DNA of 64,000 nucleotides from Methanothermococcus sp. Ax23. Its GTDB lineage: Archaea > AGJL01 > Methanococci > Methanococcales > Methanococcaceae. Shown piece after piece: positions 55,080 to 64,000 of this stretch; within the stretch, counting starts at the first letter, position 1, and every line of letters begins with the position of its first letter. Made by a program: the position numbers and the translations under genes. A model generated the notes under the pieces. That model did not search any database. It was not told the origin of the DNA and saw only the letters and a program-made list of their open reading frames with translations. Where the stretch lies: assembly GCF_049075655.1 (NCBI RefSeq), contig NZ_CP157522.1:288001-352000 (forward strand), given 5' to 3'.

Positions 55080-55733
55080 ATGAAGTTTTTCTTAGATACT
55101 GCAAATGTTGATAAAATTAGAGAATTCGCTGAATTAGGAATGGTAGATGGCGTTACAACAAACCCAACACTTATTGCAAAGGAAGGCAGAGATTTCCACG
55201 AAGTAATTAAAGAAATATGTTCAATTGTAGATGGCCCAGTAAGTGCCGAGGTAACTGCACTTGATGCAGAAGGTATGATAAATGAAGCAAGAGAGCTCTC
55301 AAAACTTGCAGATAATGTTGTGATTAAAATACCTATGACAAAGGAAGGAATGAAGGCAGTAAATGTTTTATCAAAAGAAGGTATAAAAACAAATGTTACC
55401 CTTATCTTCTCAGCAAATCAGGCATTAATGGCGGCAAAAGCAGGTGCTACCTATGTATCCCCATTCGTTGGAAGATTGGATGATATTGGTCAAAATGGAA
55501 TGCAGTTAATAGCTGAAATTGTTCAGATATTCAGAAACTACGACATAAAAACAGAGATAATTGTGGCATCTGTAAGACATCCAATGCATGTAATAGAAGC
55601 TGCTGAGCTCGGTGCAGACATTGCAACAATTCCATTTGCAGTATTGGATAAAATGTTCAACCACCCATTAACAGATAAGGGTATTGACGCGTTTATGAAG
55701 GATTGGGAAGAATATTTGAAAAATAAAGAGTAA
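55080..55733 (+). CDS. tal: Transaldolase / fructose-6-phosphate aldolase family
   Basis: FFLDTA, GVTTNPT, VIKIP, SPFVGR; start ATG 55080 after GGTGA. Confidence 0.92.
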   Translation: MKFFLDTANVDKIREFAELGMVDGVTTNPTLIAKEGRDFHEVIKEICSIVDGPVSAEVTALDAEGMINEARELSKLADNVVIKIPMTKEGMKAVNVLSKEGIKTNVTLIFSANQALMAAKAGATYVSPFVGRLDDIGQNGMQLIAEIVQIFRNYDIKTEIIVASVRHPMHVIEAAELGADIATIPFAVLDKMFNHPLTDKGIDAFMKDWEEYLKNKE

Positions 55734-55779
55734 AAAATAAAATATCAATTTATTTTTTTATAATATTTTCAGTAATAAA

Positions 55780-56643
55780 TTATAAATATCCTTTTTCTTG
55801 CATTTTTTCTTTATAATATGTTGAGATAGACCTATATAAAGCCACAGAAGTGAAAAATCCTATAAATGATAATAGGACAGAATTAATAACTGCGGAAATG
55901 ATTAATAATATTACATTATTGTCTGATAATGCCGCCCCAACTCCCATAAACAATCCCGGCAATGATGCTATAAATGACAATGCCATCATTATTATGATTA
56001 ATACAATTACCAATAGAACGTATTTTAAAGATAATAGACTAATGATTTTTTTGAATTCAAAGAATCCTTTAAATCCAACATTTGCAAAATTTACAGACGC
56101 CAAGTAGAAATAGAACATATACAATAATGCTATCAACAAATAGGCACCCAATACTGCGAAAAAGTATATTATCAACAGCAGAGGAATTCCAATTAAGTAG
56201 ATTCCGTATCCAATTATTGATGCAATTATTATGAATGGCAGGAATACAATTAAGGCGAGTAATAGGCTTCCAATGTAGAACATTATACCTTTTTTAAATA
56301 GGTCATACCATCCTTCCCATTCTGGCAGTTGAGTATCGTATGATTCCACAGTATTTTTAGCCAATTTCATATAGTATCCATATTGGAGTGAGCCAAATAT
56401 TATGGATAAAAATATAATTAATGCAAATACCCCAAGAAGACCCAACAATATGGAGTAGTCAAAACTTGCTGATGACTCCATATTTTGAACATGGTTATTT
56501 GCACGCAACATGGCATCGAATACTTGGGAAGGTAGCATATACATTAATCCAAATACCCCTCCAACAAATATTTTTTTCCAATCGGACATGGCATATTTAA
56601 ATGGTTCTTTAATGTATTTTTCAACAAACATATTTTCTCCCAT
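55780..56643 (-). CDS. DUF4013 family membrane protein
   Basis: GY..K.AKNTV...LPEW...LF..G pattern; multiple TMs. Confidence 0.8.
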   Translation of the reverse strand: MGENMFVEKYIKEPFKYAMSDWKKIFVGGVFGLMYMLPSQVFDAMLRANNHVQNMESSASFDYSILLGLLGVFALIIFLSIIFGSLQYGYYMKLAKNTVESYDTQLPEWEGWYDLFKKGIMFYIGSLLLALIVFLPFIIIASIIGYGIYLIGIPLLLIIYFFAVLGAYLLIALLYMFYFYLASVNFANVGFKGFFEFKKIISLLSLKYVLLVIVLIIIMMALSFIASLPGLFMGVGAALSDNNVILLIISAVINSVLLSFIGFFTSVALYRSISTYYKEKMQEKGYL

Positions 56644-56769
56644 TTATATAACCACCTTTTTTGATATTAAATATTACTTAGGTATTCAAATAATATATTT
56701 TTAAGTAATCAATAAAAAGTTTATTAACAGAAATGTTTATATGTGAGTTAATCATATTGTTTAATGTCC

Positions 56770-56990
56770 AGCTCTCATCAACTTCAACTTAAACTTTAAA
56801 CGCTCCATTGACATCTGCATGGAATATTTTTTTAAGCAACTCCCGAGCTGTTCCCTTATAGAACAGTAGGGAGGATGGACAGTCCCATAATAATACGGGA
56901 GCGGGTGTCGATGATAAAGGTATTCAAAATATATCGGATATAATTACATGAAACTTATGGTATATTTTAAATATCTTTTGAGATACCTTC
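56770..56990. pseudogene. Scrambled tnpB/IS605 remnant
   Basis: Minus strand 56798-56821 encodes HADVNGAF (TnpB RuvC-III motif); adjacent CTCCC/GGGAG hairpin. Confidence 0.45.
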
Positions 56991-57049
56991 ACACCCTCTT
57001 ATTTTTAATTTTTCTTTTTCTTATTTTTATTTTTTTAATTATTATTTAA

Positions 57050-58026
57050 TAGTATGGGTCAAAATATATAAACTATACTAAATATAACATTATAAAAAAG
57101 ACGATATTATGAGGGCTGAGGAAGTAGTAAATGAGATAATTACATCAGATTTAATTGACCAAATCCCTAAACGAAGAAAGGTAGGGAGGAAAGGATATAA
57201 TTTAGAGTTGAGGCTTAAACTATTAGTGTATGCCTTTTTAAAAGGCATACACTCAAATAGAGCGTTAGTATTACACTTACAAAATAATCCACAGATTTTA
57301 ACTGCATTAGGATTTAAATCCTGCCCTGGTAGAAGAACCATCGATAGATGGAAAAAATCCCTAGATGAAGAATTGCATGCAATAATTACTTTATTAGGTG
57401 ATAAATATATTGAACTGAATAATCCTGAATGGTCAATATACGATAGCACCCCAATCAAAGACGAACAAGATGAGGATGGAAAGATAGGATATAACAGTGA
57501 AGGAATGTTTAAAGGCTTCAAATTACATTTAGCAGTGGATAAAAAGGGGATACCATTAAGAGCAGAATTTACCACAGCAAATACTCATGATTGTAAAGTG
57601 GCTGATAAATTATTAGTATGCACTAAGAAATCCTGTGCAGATGCGGGTTATGATTCAAAAGATTTAAAAAAATTTCACAAATCCTTTGGATTTGCTTATT
57701 TCCTCGCTATCGCTCGGAAAAGCCATGGAATTATACCAAAACGAACTAATAACTGCCCACAATCCAAGAAGATTAGGTAAGAAAAATAAAAAGAAACTTC
57801 CGAAGGAAATTTCTAAGATAAGAGTTAAAATAGAACATACCAATTCGATATTAAAGAACAGATTTATGAATAAGTTTTGGATTAACATTAAAGGCTATAT
57901 CCGTAAAAAAGTATTCTGTCTCTGTGCAGTGGCTTCTGCACAGGTTTTAGCGTTATATAATCTCATTACCAGAGGTTACCCTTATATGAAAGTCTTAGAG
58001 GTTAGGGTGTAATATGACCCACACTA
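57050..58026 (+). mobile_element. DDE insertion sequence (IS5/IS982-like), 977 bp
   Basis: 12-bp TIRs TAGTRTGGGTCA; 11-bp target duplication TTATTATTTAA at 57039-57049 and 58027-58037. Confidence 0.88.
57109..58012 (+). pseudogene. DDE transposase frameshifted by an insertion of about 46 bp
   Basis: DST, GFKLHLAVD and ADAGYD in one frame, RVKIE in another; frames rejoin if 57673-57718 is removed. Confidence 0.85.
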
Positions 58027-58029
58027 TTA

Positions 58030-58908
58030 TTATTTAATTTTATTTATTTTATCAACATAGTAGTTTGAAAAGGATTTATAATATACCACATAAATAAAGA
58101 AAGAAATAAATGCAACTACTGACTCCCCAATAATATTTAATGATTCATTAATTACAATGTTTGGCAATACCATATCAAAAATAAATCCAAATATTGCAAA
58201 TATCATGGATATTGCAGAGATTATAATAAATATTCCAATGATATATATAATAACCAACAATAGATATTCAAGAGACATTAATTTTAAAATATACTTAAAT
58301 TCAAAAAATCCTTTAAATCCTTTTTTAGCAAAATTCACCGTTGCCAATGGTTCGTATATTGTATATATTACAAATCCCACCATATACAGCAATATGGCAA
58401 ATATAAATGTAATCCAAACCAATGGTTCAGGAGCTCCGATAGGTGGTATGTTGTAGGGCAAATTTCCATGAGCTCCTGAGAGATTATGAATAAATGAAAT
58501 ATATAAATATATCCCGATACCTAAAACAATAGTTGGTATTGCAAAAATTATTATTCCCAACAGTATCATTCCAACAGTCCATTTAATTCCATTTAGAAAC
58601 AAATCTTTAAAATTTTCCCATTTTGGTAAATGCCCTCCCCCATCTACCGTATTTTTTGCTATTTTTATTAAATATCCTGTTTGAATTATCAATAACATCA
58701 ATCCCAATAGTGCCAATATTCCCAAAATTGCGGCAATAATTTGCTCCACGATGGATAATTGATAAAATAATGAAAAATCTGGTAATATTAAACTTAATAA
58801 ATCAATAGATATATAAAATATCAATCCAAATACGCCACCAACAAATATCTTTTTCCAGTCTGATATTGCGTATTTTATCGGTTCTTTAAAATATCGTTCT
58901 ATAAACAT
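58030..58908 (-). CDS. DUF4013 family membrane protein, paralog of 55780-56643
   Basis: Shared N-terminus KEP.KYA.SDWKKIFVGGVFGL and GFKGFFEFK. Confidence 0.8.
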   Translation of the reverse strand: MFIERYFKEPIKYAISDWKKIFVGGVFGLIFYISIDLLSLILPDFSLFYQLSIVEQIIAAILGILALLGLMLLIIQTGYLIKIAKNTVDGGGHLPKWENFKDLFLNGIKWTVGMILLGIIIFAIPTIVLGIGIYLYISFIHNLSGAHGNLPYNIPPIGAPEPLVWITFIFAILLYMVGFVIYTIYEPLATVNFAKKGFKGFFEFKYILKLMSLEYLLLVIIYIIGIFIIISAISMIFAIFGFIFDMVLPNIVINESLNIIGESVVAFISFFIYVVYYKSFSNYYVDKINKIK

Positions 58909-59013
58909 ACTCCACCCCCTTTCTTTTAATAATACTATAAATAAAATATATATAAATTTTTTTAATATTAAATTGAATGCGTTAATAAAATGTAAAATAG
59001 ATTTTAAATTTGA

Positions 59014-59894
59014 TTAGTTCCTTCTTCTGTTTATTAAATACAATATAGATGCTGAGGATATAATTAAAGCACCAATTGGAATTGGAGTAGGAATGGAAAT
59101 AAGAGAATTGCTTGGAAGGAAGAAAGGAGAACCATCGGGATTAGTAGGAGGAGCATATGTTAAAGTTTTATTTGCATCTGGTGTATTACCGCTTATATTA
59201 TATATAGTTGCATTAGAACCATTTAATGGAATTATAGCCCTGTATGTCTCACCGCCTCCACGATTTTTGTATGGCATTGTGACATTCCAAGTTTCATTTG
59301 TATCAATATCAGTAAATACAAATGATGAGTTATGGAAATATCCTCCTGATTGATGAGCATCAAGGATTTCTACTCCATTTTCAGTTATGTTTAAGTTCCA
59401 ATGCCCATCGGCGTAGTTATCATCCCTCCAATTATCATTCATAATTACGATACCTGTGAGCCTATGGGAATCTCTGTCACATAGGGCAAAGAAGTAACAT
59501 TATTAGTATTACCCCCTGACTGTTCAAATATTGTGTATGTAGTTCCATTTGGTGCAGTCCATGATAATGCGGCTGTTGGTGCTGGGTCGGTTGTTCCTTT
59601 ATTATCCGTTAAAGGTATTGTTTGCCTAATGGTTTGCCCGTTGTCTAATTCATAAACCATTACTGCATAGTTGTAATCCCAACCTAGATATTTGCTTTCC
59701 CCTTCAAAAGTATTATTCAATGGGTCGTAGTATGTTCCATTGTATTCATACACTCCAAGATATGCTTTAACCACTTTTGGAGGGGTATCTGCATACACAT
59801 AGGAAGAGGTTAAAAGCATTATTCCAATTAAGGGTAATGCATAGTTGGATTTAAATATCATAGTATCACTTTTATGATTTAAATGACATATCAC
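59014..59894 (-). pseudogene. Secreted surface protein with PIP-CTERM-like sorting signal, split by a frameshift near 59445-59470
   Basis: Upstream ORF has a signal peptide and no anchor; downstream ORF in another frame ends PTPIP-TM-RRRN. Confidence 0.6.
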
Positions 59895-59913
59895 AAATAT
59901 ACATATTTTGAAC

Positions 59914-61140
59914 TTACAACATATAAACTTTTACCTCGTCCCCCTTTTCATAACCTTCAATATTCTCATCGATAATTACATAGCCGTCTGCTTTTGTCAT
60001 TGAAGATAAAACACCACTCCCCGTTATTCTTAATGGTTCAATATAGGTTTTATTGTCTTTATTTATTAATTTTATTCTAACAATGTCGGTTCTTCCAAGT
60101 GTGGATGCAATATTTCTATTTAATGGAAGATAAACATGTTTTCGAGCTCTAAAATAACTTCTAAAAAACAGCTCAAATTGAACCGCAGAAGCGACCGGAT
60201 AGCCTGATAGTATGAATATGAATTTTTCTTCATCATTTAGAACACATTTTGCAAATCCAAATGGTTTTCCCGGTCTTATTTGAACTCCGTGCAATATTAC
60301 ATTTCCCATCTCTTTAATCACTTCAATTGTGTAATCCCTATCTCCAACAGATGTTCCGCCAGTTGTGATTATTATATCGTTCTCATTAAGTGCCTTCAAT
60401 ATTGTATTTTTTATTTCTTCCCTATTGTCCCTTGCTCTTTTGTATATTTTTGGAGTGAGCCCAGTTTCACATATCAATGAATAAAGCATTGGTGAGTTTG
60501 AATTTACTATTTTATATTCATTTTTTAATTCATCTATATTAGTAAAATCATCTAAATCAACCAATTCATCCCCTGTGGATATTAATCCGATTTTTAAATC
60601 ATAAACTTTAATATTTTTTATCCCTAATGACAATAATAGTGCTATGTGGTATGGTGTAATTACTTCCCCTTTTTTTATTATTAAATCTCCCTTTTTTACA
60701 TCTTCCCCAACCCTTGCAACATTCTCATAGGGATGAGCTCCCTTTCTAACTTCCACAAATCCATCTTCTTCAATACAGTATTCCTTCATCACTACGGCAT
60801 TTGCCCCTTTCGGAATGGGCATTCCAGTAGATACCTTTATGCACTCATCAGTTCCAATTTCTGCATTATTTGGGCTTTCATCAACTAAATTTAAGATTAT
60901 CGGATTATTTTCAGAAGCTCCAAATGTATCTTCCGCTATTACGGCATATCCATCCATTGCGGATTTGTTGAACATGGGCAAATCTATCGGAGCTCTTATA
61001 TCTTCAAAAGAAATTTTATTATGTGAGCTCAGGATATCAACAGTTTTATATTTATATTTCATCATTTCATTAAAGCTGTTGAATACGATATTTTTAGCCT
61101 CATTGTAGCTAATTAGATTTTTTAGAAGCATGTTGAACAC
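59914..61140 (-). CDS. moeA: Molybdopterin molybdenumtransferase
   Basis: SAMDGYAV, STGDEL, GGTSVG.RD, PGKP. Confidence 0.95.
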   Translation of the reverse strand: MFNMLLKNLISYNEAKNIVFNSFNEMMKYKYKTVDILSSHNKISFEDIRAPIDLPMFNKSAMDGYAVIAEDTFGASENNPIILNLVDESPNNAEIGTDECIKVSTGMPIPKGANAVVMKEYCIEEDGFVEVRKGAHPYENVARVGEDVKKGDLIIKKGEVITPYHIALLLSLGIKNIKVYDLKIGLISTGDELVDLDDFTNIDELKNEYKIVNSNSPMLYSLICETGLTPKIYKRARDNREEIKNTILKALNENDIIITTGGTSVGDRDYTIEVIKEMGNVILHGVQIRPGKPFGFAKCVLNDEEKFIFILSGYPVASAVQFELFFRSYFRARKHVYLPLNRNIASTLGRTDIVRIKLINKDNKTYIEPLRITGSGVLSSMTKADGYVIIDENIEGYEKGDEVKVYML

Positions 61141-61250
61141 CTAAAATTTTAATATAAATTAATTACAATTATAATGGTTAATATAATGACAATATTATTA
61201 TTTTACTTAAACTATAAAATATTATATAAAAAATAAAAAGGCGATGGATA

Positions 61251-62219
61251 ATGGATAAAGATTTAAGACCTATAATATGGGATGATGAAAATAACCAGTT
61301 AATATTGATTGACCAAAGAAAACTCCCAAATAGTTTGGAATACTTCACATGCAAAGATTACAATGATGTGGCATTTGCTATAAAAGATATGGTTGTAAGG
61401 GGAGCTCCTGCAATAGGAGTATCCGCGGCATACGGTATGGCACTTGCTGAATTAAATGATGATAATATAGAAAAAGCATATGAACAGTTAAAAAACACAC
61501 GACCAACTGCTGTAAATTTATTTTGGGCTTTGGATAGATGTATTAATGCATATAAAAGCAATAAATCAATATTGGACGAAGCAAAAAAGATTCACGAAGA
61601 AGATATTGAAGTATGTAGGAAAATAGGACAGATTGGGGAAAAAATTATCGATGATGGAGATACCATTCTAACCCATTGCAATGCAGGAGCTCTTGCCACT
61701 TCGGCATATGGAACAGCTTTAAGTGTAATTAGGTTTGCACACTACAACAACAAAAAAATCAATGTCATAGCAGATGAAACAAGACCAAGACTTCAAGGTG
61801 CAAAATTAACGGCATTTGAGCTTAACTATGAAGGTATTCCAGTTAAAGTAATTTCCGACAACACGGCGGGCTTTTTAATGAAAAAGGGAATGATTGATAA
61901 AATCATAGTTGGAGCAGATAGAGTTTTAAAAGATTACACAGTATTTAATAAAATAGGAACATATTCCCTTGCCGTTCTTGCAAAATACCACAACATACCT
62001 TTTTATGTGGCGGCTCCTTATTCAACATTTGATTTTAAAAACGATTTAGAGGATATTGTAATTGAAGAGAGGGATGAAAAGGAGGTTATATATATCGACG
62101 GCGTTAGAATAATTCCAGAAGGAGTTTCAGCATATAACTATGCCTTTGATAGCACACCGCCGGAGTTGATTGCAGGCATAATTACTGAGAAGGGGATAAT
62201 TTACCCCAATGAGAAATAA
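61251..62219 (+). CDS. mtnA: Methylthioribose-1-phosphate isomerase
   Basis: DQRKLP, VRGAPAIG, RPTAVNL, THCNAG, ETRP..QG. Confidence 0.93.
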   Translation: MDKDLRPIIWDDENNQLILIDQRKLPNSLEYFTCKDYNDVAFAIKDMVVRGAPAIGVSAAYGMALAELNDDNIEKAYEQLKNTRPTAVNLFWALDRCINAYKSNKSILDEAKKIHEEDIEVCRKIGQIGEKIIDDGDTILTHCNAGALATSAYGTALSVIRFAHYNNKKINVIADETRPRLQGAKLTAFELNYEGIPVKVISDNTAGFLMKKGMIDKIIVGADRVLKDYTVFNKIGTYSLAVLAKYHNIPFYVAAPYSTFDFKNDLEDIVIEERDEKEVIYIDGVRIIPEGVSAYNYAFDSTPPELIAGIITEKGIIYPNEK

Positions 62220-62441
62220 ATGATAAAATGAAAGTTAAAGAATAATATAAAAAACAATATCATAAATATAATTATAAAATTAACGAAAAATTATTTATAA
62301 TGCAAATTACTTTTAAGTTATGGCTAATTGTCATTTTGTAAATATTAAATTAAATATAACTATAAATCAATTATTTAATTTTATAGATATCATTATAATC
62401 AAAAATAAAAATAATACATTAAAAAATAAAAGGATGATAAT

Positions 62442-63758
62442 ATGTATGTATTGGGCGATTGGAGAAGAACGCACTTTTCAAATGAGATAACACCTGAAAT
62501 GGATGGAGAAGAAATTATCGTTATGGGATGGACCCATTCCATAAGAAAATTGGGAAAATTGGTATTTATCATATTGAGAGATAGAGAAGGAACAGTCCAA
62601 ATAGTAGTTCCTAAGCAGAAGGTATCAGAAGAAGTATTTACAACGGCAAAATCCGTAGGAAGAGAGGATGTTCTCGCTGTAAAGGGAAAAGTTGTGGCAA
62701 ATGAAAAGGCACCAGCGGGATATGAGGTAATACCTATTGAAATTAGAATATTGAACAAGGCAGATACTCCGCTTCCATTAGACCCATCAGAGAAGGTTCC
62801 TGCGGATATTGATACAAGATTGGACAAAAGATTTTTGGATTTAAGAAGACCAAAAATACAGGCATTATTTAAATTAAGGTCTGAAATGTTCAAATCAGTA
62901 AGAGATACATTTTATGACAATGGATTTATTGAGGTAAATACTCCAAAGCTTGTGGCAAGTGCAACAGAGGGAGGAACAGAATTATTCCCTATATCCTACT
63001 TTGAGAAAGAGGCATTTTTAGGTCAAAGTCCGCAGTTATACAAGCAGATGATGATGGCAGCAGGATTTGACAGAGTGTTTGAAATTGGTCCTATATTCAG
63101 GGCAGAGGAACACAACACAAGAAGACACTTAAACGAAGCTATATCAATTGACTGTGAAATGTCATTCTCAGATGAAAAGGATGCAATGAATGTTCTTGAA
63201 AAGATAGTCCATAATGTGTTTGCTGACTTGTATGAAAATAACCAGAAGGAGCTCCAAACATTAGGCATAAATTTGACTGTTCAAGAAACACCATTCCCAA
63301 GATTATCCTACACAGAAGCAGTTGATATTGTAAATTCAAAAGGAATAGAAATGGAATGGGGCGAAGACTTTTCAAGAGCTGCTGAAAAAGCGCTTGGAGA
63401 CTCCATGGAAGGATTCTATTTCATCACAGACTGGCCAACTGAAACAAGACCATTCTACACCCTTCCAAACCAGGAAGACCCTAAACTCTGTAAGGCATTT
63501 GACTTAATGTATAAGGATTTGGAGATTTCATCCGGAGCTCAGAGGAACCACAAATACGACTTACTTGTTGAAGGCATAAAAAGAATGGGACTCAACCCAG
63601 AAGGCTTTGGAACCTACTTAGAGGCATTTAAATACGGTATGCCACCGCATGCAGGTTGGGGATTAGGTGCAGAAAGATTTATGATGATAATCACCTGCCA
63701 AGAAAACATTAGAGAGTGTGTCTTATTCCCAAGAGACAGGCAGAGATTGACCCCATAA
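62442..63758 (+). CDS. aspS: Aspartyl-tRNA synthetase (probably non-discriminating)
   Basis: [31 protein letters not shown]. Confidence 0.97.
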   Translation: MYVLGDWRRTHFSNEITPEMDGEEIIVMGWTHSIRKLGKLVFIILRDREGTVQIVVPKQKVSEEVFTTAKSVGREDVLAVKGKVVANEKAPAGYEVIPIEIRILNKADTPLPLDPSEKVPADIDTRLDKRFLDLRRPKIQALFKLRSEMFKSVRDTFYDNGFIEVNTPKLVASATEGGTELFPISYFEKEAFLGQSPQLYKQMMMAAGFDRVFEIGPIFRAEEHNTRRHLNEAISIDCEMSFSDEKDAMNVLEKIVHNVFADLYENNQKELQTLGINLTVQETPFPRLSYTEAVDIVNSKGIEMEWGEDFSRAAEKALGDSMEGFYFITDWPTETRPFYTLPNQEDPKLCKAFDLMYKDLEISSGAQRNHKYDLLVEGIKRMGLNPEGFGTYLEAFKYGMPPHAGWGLGAERFMMIITCQENIRECVLFPRDRQRLTP

Positions 63759-63842
63759 TATTTAAAGGACTATTTGTAAAAACAATTACAGATTTTTTAA
63801 TTTTTTAAAATACCTAATAAAATAAAAAAGCTGGTGAAAATT

Positions 63843-64000
63843 ATGGTTTCAAAAGATGATGTTTTAAATGCTTTGAAAAAAGTTGCAGACCCCCACATGG
63901 GAATTAGCATAGTAGATATGGGATTGATAAAAAATGTAGAAATCGACGAAGAAAATAATGTTTCATTTGATTTAATTCCTACAAACCCAGGATGTATGAG
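63843..64000 (+). CDS. DUF59/SufT-like metal-sulfur cluster assembly protein (runs off window)
   Basis: MVSKDDVLNALKKVADPHMGISIVDMGLI...PTNPGC. Confidence 0.85.
   Translation, partial: MVSKDDVLNALKKVADPHMGISIVDMGLIKNVEIDEENNVSFDLIPTNPGCM

Overview
AT-rich (about 30% GC by eye) archaeal chromosome segment. Gene content (atwA, archaeal SAM synthetase, tiaS, FBP aldolase/phosphatase, hypE, mptE) points to a Methanococcales methanogen. Bases 1-15478 are the right part of an integrated element ending in a tRNA-Leu(TAA) 3'-half att site; its gene architecture resembles the pT26-2 family (two large surface proteins, small membrane proteins, a coiled-coil protein and a HerA/VirB4-like ATPase). The rest is mostly housekeeping genes plus tRNA-Ser(GCT), an intact solo tnpB element, two IS200/IS605-derived MITEs and a frameshifted DDE IS. 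Four signals are not explained by ordinary annotation. (1) The palindrome GAGCTC occurs about 88 times by hand count versus about 4 expected, like cyanobacterial HIP1. (2) A family of about 35-57 bp double-hairpin cassettes sits inside IS ends, a transposase and (in frame) a host gene. (3) A catalytic-domain-only tyrosine recombinase is paired with the same HTH protein family twice, once in the element and once in the chromosome beside a lox/dif-like palindrome. (4) An unannotated 45-aa CC1-like basic protein and a spike/fusogen-like protein lie in the element's membrane module. All calls come from reading the sequence and recalled motifs; no database searches were run.
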